A stretch of 63,212 nt of DNA, counting the filler, from Octopus bimaculoides (taxonomy: Eukaryota), in NCBI RefSeq assembly GCF_001194135.2. It is 6 parts of 4 records of this genome, joined end to end, with 100 filler letters (N's around TTAATTAATTAA, not from the genome) between each part and the next. Parts side by side here need not be neighbours in the genome. Positions count along the whole stretch, not along the records: positions 40,044 to 55,648 come from NC_068983.1; positions 55,749 to 63,212 come from NC_068992.1; 4 more parts are not named here. One strand, given 5' to 3'. The notes under the pieces are model-generated. The model was not told the origin of the DNA, did not search any database, and saw only the letters and a list, made by a program, of their open reading frames with translations. Of this stretch, positions 53,556 through 63,212 are shown piece after piece; positions within the stretch are counted from its first letter, which is position 1, and each line of letters begins with the position of its first letter. A program made the position numbers and the translations under genes.

Positions 53556-53894
53556 NNNNNNNNNNNNNNNNNNNNNNNNNNNNNNNNNNNNNNNNNNNNN
53601 NNNNNNNNNNNNNNNNNNNNNNNNNNNNNNNNNNNNNNNNNNNNNNNNNNNNNNNNNNNNNNNNNNNNNNNNNNNNNNNNNNNNNNNNNNNNNNNNNNNN
53701 NNNNNNNNNNNNNNNNNNNNNNNNNNNNNNNNNNNNNNNNNNNNNNNNNNNNNNNNNNNNNNNNNNNNNNNNNNNNNNNNNNNNNNNNNNNNNNNNNNNN
53801 NNNNNNNNNNNNNNNNNNNNNNNNNNNNNNNNNNNNNNNNNNNNNNNNNNNNNNNNNNNNNNNNNNNNNNNNNNNNNNNNNNNNNNNNNNNNNN

Positions 53895-53979
<85 letters not shown>

Positions 53980-55299
53980 CGGGCTTCTTTCGGTTTCTGT
54001 CTACCAAATCCACTCACAAGACTTTTGTCGGCTCACGGCTATAGTAGAAGACACTTTCCCAAATTGCCTTGCGGTAAAACCGAACCTAGATCTATGTGGT
54101 TGCGAAGCAAGCTTTTCGCACACAGCCACGCCTATGCATTTGTTTATATAAGTTTATATATAGGATGAACAGGAAGAACACATGTTTAAATAATAGTTCT
54201 TACGTTAAGGTTGCTAGGAACGAAATGCTCACCGACAATGGATCGCCAGGGAGAACTTTATTGTATTAAGTTGCATAGTTATAATAAGATAGAGATAGAG
54301 TGATCAATCAATCATATATGAGTGTATCTATATAAATGTTAAATCTTGAAAAAAAAAGTAACAAGAATTGATTTACCTGTATAACGCCTGCTCCAAATAT
54401 GACTTCAGTTTAAATTCTTACAAAAATTAAATATGTTTTATCCGCTTATATGAATATTCTATTGCCTCATATAAGATTTTGTCTCACGTTCCAGCTGGTA
54501 TCCGAAAAGCATACTGAATGAAGTACCCTGTTGTAATAATTCTCTAAGTGTTTTTCTCTTTTTAAACGAGAGTGGCAGTATTTTCCATGAATGTAATGTG
54601 ATTGGCTGCAATTCTTTAATATCCGGAAAATAAATCCATTTCCCAGCTAGTCAAAATTCCTACTCGTCAAGTACTGAAATGGTCGCAGTGCAACATGAGA
54701 TGAAGTGTTTCGCGCACAATACACCTCTCATTCCAGGATTTCAAACCACGACCTTGTTGGCGTGAGTAGCACCCTTAACCACGATGTCATGTGTCCTCGA
54801 CATCTTTTATATTACCAAAATGGTTTTTTCGTATGTCCTGAAAACATTCCGGAGACTATTCCTATCTACTTGACGCTTAACTAAAACAGATGCCATTGTT
54901 TTTATCGATTATTGGGATGGCGATATCTGCTCAAAGACATGATCTTATCTCTCTAGTTACTAAAATGCAAACCCAACGAATTTTCCTTGTTTCCCAGAAT
55001 ACATTTGAGTTGGTTGTAAAGTATGCTACTTGTTTACTGATAACAACACTATGATCAGAGGCGTTTCGTCATGATCATCCCGTCGATTTACTTATATTCC
55101 AGTGTGTGTTGTGTTCTTTCCTTGGTTAAGACGGTAGCGTGTGAGACAATGGAACATCATTGTCTCAAATGCTTACGATAGGGCTGATAGCGCAAATATT
55201 CAAGTAATGAATAGTCATTAGTTCTGAAACCCACGTCTACAATAATTATTGTTATACATCGCATGATGTGGATGTTGATTTTGTCTATGTTCGCGTTCA

Positions 55300-55648
55300 T
55301 GTACCTGTACTGTTAATTGCAAACTCTGTACTACTGTCTGTAGTAGTGTTTCTAGCTCTTTGTCATTTTTTGCATATAATTTTAGGTCATCCATATATAG
55401 AAGGTGGCTGACTGTTTTCCCATAGCATTTGTAACCGCATCCAGTTCTATTTAGCAATTCAGTTAAAGGTGTGAGTGCCAGGCAGAACAGGAGTGGAGAG
55501 AGCGTGTCTCCTTGGAATATTCCTCTTCTAATGGGGATGGCTTTCGTTTTCACAAGTCCCTCTTTTGTTTGGAGCTGTAACACTGTCTGCCATTTGTTCA
55601 TTGAGTGCCTTATGTATTTTATAATAATTGGTGCCACCTTGTTTATGG
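55300..55648 (-). mobile_element. R2/R4-type (REL clade) LINE reverse transcriptase fragment
   Basis: IPIRRGIFQGDTLSPLLFCLALTPL...HLLYMDDLKLYAKN. Confidence 0.9.
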
Positions 55649-55790
55649 NNNNNNNNNNNNNNNNNNNNNNNNNNNNNNNNNNNNNNNNNNNNTTAATTAA
55701 TTAANNNNNNNNNNNNNNNNNNNNNNNNNNNNNNNNNNNNNNNNNNNNGAATGAAATTGGTTGTGTAGTTCTCGAGTTTTAGGGATTCAC

Positions 55791-55821
<31 letters not shown>

Positions 55822-55842
55822 CACATTCTCAATTTTATATAT

Positions 55843-56245
55843 ATGGATGAAGAAGGAAAAAGACTACTTGAGTTCTGTGATGCAAATGGTCTCATGATCT
55901 GCAACACTGGCTTCAGAAAGCCACCCAGCAACCTAATCACTTATCAGTCTGGTGGGAACATAAGCCAGGCTGGTAACCTCCTCACCAAGCAATGTGATAG
56001 GCTGATGCTCACAAATGCGAAATCTTTCTCAGAGGCATGTGATGCATATTATGTGTGAAGACAGCTGTATACAGAAGTGCCTGTCACTAAAAATAGATGG
56101 TACTTGTGGAAGAAGGAGACCTAGGAAGTCATGGGATGAAGTGGTGTAGGACTGATCTTAGGATGTTGGGGCTTATGGAAGAAATGACAATGGATCGAGA
56201 TGCTTGGCAATATGAGGTTCTAGAGAAGACCAGCCCATATCTGCG
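55843..56245 (+). mobile_element. RTE-like LINE fragments (AP endonuclease piece and C-terminal end)
   Basis: EGKRLLEFCDANGLMICNTGFRKPPSNLITYQSGG; RTDLRMLGLMEEMTMDRDAW. Confidence 0.7.
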
Positions 56246-56581
56246 AAGACACAAGTATTTTATTGGCATCGAAAATTAAACACTTCTTCCCATATCGAGG
56301 TTCTGAGGTAATTCGATAAGCAAATAATTTCTATATAGCTGATAGTTAGCAGGTCAGCCAATGTGCATTAGAATGTATATATACTTCAGAGTAGAATTCT
56401 CAGTGCTTCCTACTATTTACTTTTATTTTATCTTTACATATTTCCTTTATTCTTTTTGTTGTTCTTTTATATTTCTTATATTCTTTTTGCTTTATCTTTG
56501 CATATTTTATATAACCGCCCCACCCTTGACTTGGAAATTCCAAGCAAGAATGTGATCTTCATTTTATTAAGGTAATCTCAG

Positions 56582-57077
56582 CCTGATGATTACCTACACT
56601 GAGCATTGGGTACACCAGGCACATGCATCACAACCAAATGTGTGTGACATGGTGATCTCATATCAAGATAAATAGTGCATGACCTTGCAGGTGGGGCCCA
56701 GTTAGAATTTTCTTCAGGTCGAGTAGCCCATCCTACTCAAAAGGTCCCTGAATAAGGGTTGTTTAAGGATTTTGAATGAAACACTTTTGTTTCCAAAGGC
56801 AAATTATCCAAACCCCAAAGAATTCCTCTCAACATGTGGCTATGATATTCCCCCACTACTTCTGCATGTGACTAGAGATGCACATATCATCAGTCACTGA
56901 CGGACATGCTCAACTGGTTATGGTCAAACAACTGACAAGCAAATCTTTGGTATTGAGCAGAATATTTGCTGTAGCCCATCTCTTATACTAAGACAAAATA
57001 ATGTACATGATAACATTTTCAGTATTTCAGATCAGAAACCATGAGAGAGCCACAGCCTGGTACTGCATCAGGGCATT
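56582..57077 (-). mobile_element. Family E repeat including its presumed 5' end
   Basis: Minus strand begins (AAT)n-AAATGCCCTGATGCAGTACCAGGC. Confidence 0.8.
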
Positions 57078-57094
57078 TATTATTATTATTATTA

Positions 57095-57333
57095 TAAGTT
57101 CAAAATAAGAAGTGATAAAAATTCAAAGTTATAGAAATTTAAATGCAACTTATGAACGAGAGCAACCAGTGTTCACACATTTATGGAATGACATCATCAG
57201 TCCTTTAAGTTTCAATTTTAGAACAGGCGAAATGAAAAAGACAGAAAAAAGAAGGCAGGAAAAAAACAGAAAAAAAGAGGAAAGAAAAAAGAGAAAAAGA
57301 GGAATATTTGATCAAACAGTTTTGTATAAATTT
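57095..57333 (-). repeat. Inverted pseudo-LTR of the adjacent Penelope element
   Basis: 57249-57333 is the reverse complement of 58406-58493; CTGATGA core on the minus strand near 57200. Confidence 0.75.
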
Positions 57334-57334
57334 C

Positions 57335-58431
57335 TTCTTGCCTTTCTGTTATATTTCTGCTGTTATGCTAAAAACTATGGCTTTAAGTCCAACATAAAAT
57401 TTACACCTAGTTTTTTAAAAACTAGTGTTGAATTTTGGACTCAAAAGTCAAGTTATCTGGAGGCAGAATAGTGACAGAGTTATTTTGCAAGCCCACGTCA
57501 GCCCACATTTATCTCCACCACTGTTCTGATCATCCACATCATATTATTCAGTCAAATCTGAAATACCAATTTTTGAGGATAAAACGGAGTTGTACTGACA
57601 TAGGGGATTACTGGAAACATGCAAATGATTTTGTACATCATTATGTCAACTGCAGTTACAGTGAATCACGATTAAAGGAAACATCAAATGAAATAGCTAA
57701 GATTAGCAAAGATAGTCAAACCTTCACGCAAGCACAATACAATAGATGACAGAATTCCTTTATTGATTAACTGGTACCGAAATTTCGTTGGCATTTCAAA
57801 GGTGTTGTATAAAAGTTATCAGCATGTGGCAAAAAAATATCCTCGTTTCAAACAGATATTTCCTCAGCTGCCTATTATAGGCTTTAGATGGAATAAGAAT
57901 ATAAGAGAATTATTGATCTCTATTCCTGACTCCATGAAAATGAACATTGGAGTACCTGCATGCTGCACCTTGAAAAACAGCTGCAAGCACGGTAAGCCCT
58001 GTTCATTGAGCAACAACATGAGTCAAGTGGATTCCATCAGATATCATAACAGAAATGTTATGATTTATACAGAAGATGGGACATGTAGAGATTCCAATTT
58101 AGTGTACGTGGCAGAATGCATGAAACACAACTTGATTTATGTTGGTTGTACAAGAGAACAATTAAACAAAAGTTTTAATGGGCACAGATTCGACATAAGG
58201 CACAATAACAGTAGTTTGACAGAACTTGCTGAACATTTCGTTTCAAGCGGCTGCAATTTTGAAAAAGACTTGAAAGTGCATATTCTCAGAAAATATTCTG
58301 AATTTGCTTCACTTTCACTTTTCAGAATGCATGAGGAGAAATATGTTTGCAGGTTATTAACATCATGCCCTGGAGGAATGAATAAAATGACAGGAGAATA
58401 TCATCAAATTTATACAAAACTGTTTGATTAA
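57335..58431 (+). mobile_element. 5'-truncated Penelope-like element (Neptune-like), RT thumb plus Cys linker plus GIY-YIG
   Basis: IKFT..KTSVEF.DSKV..FCKPTSAHIYLH..SDHP..QFLRIKRSC; CKHGKPCSL; NLVYVAECMKHNLIYVGCT..FNGHRFDI..LAEHF..PGGMN. Confidence 0.9.
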
Positions 58432-58972
58432 ATATTCTTCTTTTTCTCTTTTTTTCTTTCCTCTTTTTTTCTCTGTTTTTTATTGGCCTTCTTNNNNNNN
58501 NNNNNNNNNNNNNNNNNNNNNNNNNNNNNNNNNNNNNNNNNNNNNNNNNNNNNNNNNNNNNNNNNNNNNNNNNNNNNNNNNNNNNNNNNNNNNNNNNNNN
58601 NNNNNNNNNNNNNNNNNNNNNNNNNNNNNNNNNNNNNNNNNNNNNNNNNNNNNNNNNNNNNNNNNNNNNNNNNNNNNNNNNNNNNNNNNNNNNNNNNNNN
58701 NNNNNNNNNNNNNNNNNNNNNNNNNNNNNNNNNNNNNNNNNNNNNNNNNNNNNNNNNNNNNNNNNNNNNNNNNNNNNNNNNNNNNNNNNNNNNNNNNNNN
58801 NNNNNNNNNNNNNNNNNNNNNNNNNNNNNNNNNNNNNNNNNNNNNNNNNNNNNNNNNNNNNNNNNNNNNNNNNNNNNNNNNNNNNNNNNNNNNNNNNNNN
58901 NNNNNNNNNNNNNNNNNNNNNNNNNNNNNNNNNNNNNNNNNNNNNNNNNNNNTATTATTATTATTATTATTA

Positions 58973-59295
58973 AGGTGGTGAACTGGCAGAATCGTTAGCA
59001 CACAGGAGAAAATGATTAGTGGTATTTCACCTGTCACTATATTCTGAGTTCAAATGCTGTTAGGGTTGACTTTGCCTTTCATCCTTTCAGGGTCAGTGAA
59101 ATAAGTACCAGTTACACAATGGGGTCAATCTAATCGACTTCCCCCATCCTCCCAAAATTTCAGGCCTTGTGCTTATAGTAGAAAGGAATATTATTATTAT
59201 TATCAAGGCACTGAGCTGGTAGATTCATTAGCATGCTGGGCAAAATGCTTAGCAGCATTTTGTTTGTCTTCATGTTCTGAGTTCAAATTCTGGCA
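58973..59295 (+). mobile_element. SINE family B copy plus a second partial head
   Basis: aaggtggtgaactggcagaatcgttagc and aaggcactgagctggtagattcattagc. Confidence 0.75.
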
Positions 59296-59399
59296 AGGGT
59301 ATATATACAAAATTTATGTAATACACTTCTTTCTCAGTCCTTGAACCCCAATTCAAATGAAGCTTACAGAAAGCTGTAAGTGATACTGCAGACTGCTCT

Positions 59400-59990
59400 A
59401 AGGAAAAATCAAACAGGAATGATGGAATGACAGAGCAAAAGAGGTGCATGAAGCAGCTGATAGAAATGATGCCAAAGGTTTGTACTCTTATGTTAAGGAA
59501 GTATCTGACCCAAAATCTTTTTCAAAAGCTCCAATGAGAGCAACAAATGGACATTTGCTTTTGACAGACACCGCTTCTGCTCATAAGCAATGGGTAGAAC
59601 ATTTTTTTGCACTTTTGAATAGACCACCACCCATTGATATGAAGATGATAGAAAAAAATCAAACACCTTCCAGTTATAGAAGAGATGGCATTTGAATCAA
59701 CTGTAAATGACATTTATTTAGTTGTGGATAAGCTGAATAACAATAAGTCTCCAGGGTCTGATGGAATCTGTGCAGAAGTCTTGAAATATGGAGGTGACAA
59801 AATATTTGAACTCTTAAATATATTAATTTGTCACTGTTGGAGAAGTGAGGAAGTGCCTCAAGACTGGAGTGATGCAATTTTGGTTTCCTTGTATGAATCA
59901 GGATGGAAGGGTCTCTGTGGTAATTTTCGTGAGATTTTGCTTTTGTTTGTAGTTGGAAAGGTATTTACATTATTTACATTTGACGGATAT
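59400..59990 (+). mobile_element. RTE (BovB-like) LINE fragment, N-terminal RT region
   Basis: WVEHF..LLNR; NNKSPGSDGICAEVLKYGG..VPQDWSDAILVSLY..CGNFREI.LL.VVGKVF. Confidence 0.85.
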
Positions 59991-60031
59991 TTGTCCTCAT
60001 CTTGTTTGTTGTTAACACAACATTTCAACTG

Positions 60032-60121
<90 letters not shown>

Positions 60122-60136
60122 CACTCACTAGTTACT

Positions 60137-60719
60137 CAACATCATGGTGTTTGGAGTGATTACTAGTGATGATGACGTTATGCCGCCATTCATCTTCCCA
60201 CACAGCCTCAGATTCAATTCGGAGACCTACATCAAGTGCCTGGAAGAGATAGTGTTGCCCTGAGTCAAGAGGGGGGTTGCTGGAAGACCCTATGTCTGAT
60301 AACATGCCACACAAGCAGGAGAACCCAGTCATGGCTATCAGACAATTTCTGCAACCACATCACCCCTAAAATCTAGCCACCTAACTCTCTAGACTGCAAC
60401 CCCCTTGGTTATGATGTGTGGGGCACAGTTGAGTGAGAGACTAACAAAACTCCTTGTAACACCAAAGATGAACTGAAGGCAAGGATTATGGTAGCATTCG
60501 CCAACTTAAACAATGTGACTGTCCAGAAGAGTTGCAGGTGATTCCAAAGTCATCTGGAGACTGTGGTTGAATCCAATGGCGATTTTATTGAATAAATTTA
60601 TCTTTAATATTTCAAGATATTTTGATGTAAGTCTGGTAAATATATCTGTTAAAATGAGATGTCATTGTTATTTTCATTTTTGCATAATTTAGATGACAAT
60701 TAATTCATCGCACCCTGTA
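60137..60719 (+). mobile_element. Tc1/mariner-superfamily (maT/DD37D-like) transposase C-terminal half with right TIR
   Basis: MVFGVITSD.DVMPPFIFP..YIKCLEE..PPNS.DCNPL.Y.VWG..NGDFIE*; ends CACCCTG+TA. Confidence 0.8.
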
Positions 60720-60802
60720 TATATATATATTGTGTTTTCACTTAGGCATTGTGAGATTAATAACCTGGTGTAGAACTCATTATATGTATGCTTCAGAATG
60801 AA

Positions 60803-61265
60803 GTGTTAGTCGAGGATAGAGTCATCATCATCATCATCATTATCGTTTAACGTCCGCTTTCCATGCTAGCATGGGTTGGACGATTTGACTGAGGACTGGC
60901 AAACCAGATGGCTGCACCAAGCTCCAATCTGATCTGCCAGGGTTTCTACAGACAGATGCCCTTCCTAACGCCAACCACTCCGAGAGTGTAGTGGGTGCTT
61001 TTATATGCCACATGCAATAGGGTCAGTTAGACGGTACTGGCAACGGCCACGCTCAAATGGTGTCTTTTACGTGCCACCTGCACAGGAGCCAGTCTAGCAG
61101 CACTGGCAATGACCTCGCTCGAATGTCTTTTCACGTGCCAGTAAGGTGACGCTGGTAACGATCACTCTCAAATGGTGCTTTTTATGTGTCACCAGCACGG
61201 AAGCCAGACAGCTGCTCTGGCAATGATCACGCTCAGATGGTGCTGTTAGTGCTCCACTGACACAG
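60803..61265 (-). mobile_element. LINE-derived 3' UTR repeat with (GAT)n tail and ~50-65-bp internal tandem units
   Basis: gatgcccttcctaacgccaacc motif; four units beginning (a/g/t)ctgg(c/t)aa at ~61036-61265. Confidence 0.65.
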
Positions 61266-61327
61266 GTGACAGTCATCAAGAAAAAGAGATGACAAAGGAA
61301 TAAATGATTATCTCATGAACTTCATAT

Positions 61328-61407
61328 GCTTAGAGCTGTTTCCACTTTAAGATGTAGCTGACTCATAGATGACTGCCTGAATAACACCTCATAGCTTCAT
61401 CAGAACC
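61328..61407 (-). ncRNA. Hammerhead ribozyme with long stem II, back-to-back with an inverted 3' half
   Basis: GGTT-CTGATGA-A-GCTATGAGGTGT...ACATCTTAAAGT-G-GAAA-CAGCTC-TA-AGC; plus strand 61412-61457 repeats ..ACATCTTATAGC-A-GAAA-CAGCTG-TA-AGC. Confidence 0.65.
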
Positions 61408-61758
61408 TTGAAGGCATTATGAGTTCACAACATCTTATAGCAGAAACAGCTGTAAGCTAATGAGTTCATGAGGTAATCCTTTATTCCTTTCTCATCTCGT
61501 TTTCTTATGTGTGTGTGTGTTCATGTGCATGCGTGAGCATATATATATATATTCACACACGCACATACATATGCATGAATATAGACTGGGTAAAATTTTA
61601 TTATTAGCAATGGAAATAATATTAGTTCAAAATAGCTTTCTATCTGCCACTGATATATTTCTGTGCCTTTTAGCACTCTGTTCTACACAAGGTACTTTTG
61701 CAAGATGAATACTGCAGTTTTCTGGTCTTTTATATGTGGGAGTTTATGTATGTGTGTG

Positions 61759-61801
<43 letters not shown>

Positions 61802-62976
61802 ATGTACATATATATNNNNNNNNNNNNNNNNNNNNNNNNNNNNNNNNNNNNNNNNNNNNNNNNNNNNNNNNNNNNNNNNNNNNNNNNNNNNNNNNNNNNN
61901 NNNNNNNNNNNNNNNNNNNNNNNNNNNNNNNNNNNNNNNAATATACACATACACATATAATATGTGTGTGTGTGTGTGTATGTCTACACATATATGTAAA
62001 AAAATGTACATGTATGTGCATGTGTGTGCATACATATATTAGCTGAATTTACATGCCATTCTTAAGAGACCAATTCTAATATAAATCTGATTTCAGCTTT
62101 TTGGACAATTATATAGCAGACGATTTTGCTTTTCTTTTTATATCCATATTTCAATGTTGTGTATATTTGTATTTCTCATCTGCATAAATATCTCACTACA
62201 ACAATTCTTCTGCTTCTATTTCTACTTCTTTGTTGCTTAGCAACTCAGGATCATATGGCAAAATTGATCTTGCATAAGTATCTAACCTGGCAGAATCTGG
62301 ACTGCTGTCCAAAATAATTCATGTTTCTGCATCTATTACTGCTTATTGATTTTGGTATTTTAGTGAAAAATATCAAACTTTTGACTTTTCAATATTCTTT
62401 TCTTAAACCATTTTAATAAATACTTTAATCAGCTTCATTTGATTTTTATCAAAAAGGAAATTAATATTGTCTTTCATTCTCATTGAATTCCTGCTTGTTT
62501 TGTGTTTGAGTAGCATATCTAAATTCATTGTACCTATACCTTTTCACTCTTGTTTCTATGTTCTGTGCCACACGTCTTGAAAAATATGGTGACCAGACAA
62601 AAATATATTTTTAAATCAATGATAACATCTCATTAAATTTAATAATGTTCTTGGTTGGAGGAGATATGTAAAAACAAAAATACACGTAATAATTAAAATA
62701 AAGATGCATAAGTGAAATGTCAAAGAAATTTACATATGTCAAAATTTAACAAATTGAAGCAAGCTTGAATCACAGGAAATTCTAATAGTAGATGAATTAT
62801 AAAATGAAGACAAAACCAAAAAATTAGTTACAACTATAATTGAAATACTTTTTTTGTGCTGTAAAAATCTTGTACATTGCTTTTCAATTAGCATGGTGAC
62901 AAACTTATACATTATTGCTACTCAAATGATCATTTGTCTATTTGTTACATATATGTGTGTGTATATATACACACAA

Positions 62977-63013
<37 letters not shown>

Positions 63014-63212
63014 TTAAGATTCTAATGAACTAGGTACTTAAATTTAGGTACAAAGCCAGTTCAGTACAGTCCGTGCAGCTTGAAGTTAGGTGAATAGAAA
63101 ATAAATAAGTAACAAGGATGTCTAGGTATTAATACCTGGACATCCTTGTTCCTTATTTACTTTATATATATATGTATATATATATGTACATATATATATA
63201 TATATATATATA

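Overview
Eukaryotic, AT-rich, gap-ridden and repeat-dominated window. It looks like a coleoid cephalopod (octopus) genome; this is my inference from the SINE families and microsatellite load, not a database result. Most of the supplied ORF track is artefact from microsatellites or N-runs. Supportable content: (1) a frameshifted carbohydrate sulfotransferase (Sulfotransfer_2, CHST11-like) C-terminal half on the minus strand at 48874-49586; (2) two phase-compatible candidate exons of an unidentified minus-strand host gene (32426-32685, 23969-24037); (3) three decayed Penelope-like retroelements with RT thumb plus GIY-YIG, one Naiad-type; (4) about ten minimal hammerhead-ribozyme (HHR) motifs of varying integrity, including one inside a ~340-bp palindrome and one in a ~360-nt tandem unit resembling a non-autonomous retrozyme; (5) fragments of REL-endonuclease (R4/Dong-like) and RTE LINEs, two interleaved Gypsy elements, mariner/Tc1 and hAT relics; (6) many tRNA-derived SINEs from at least four modular families. 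Five 100-nt N44-TTAATTAATTAA-N44 linkers are assembly joins, so adjacency across them is not guaranteed. I found no intact novel protein-coding system. The best lead is the dense hammerhead/Penelope non-coding landscape. All translations and folds were done by eye.
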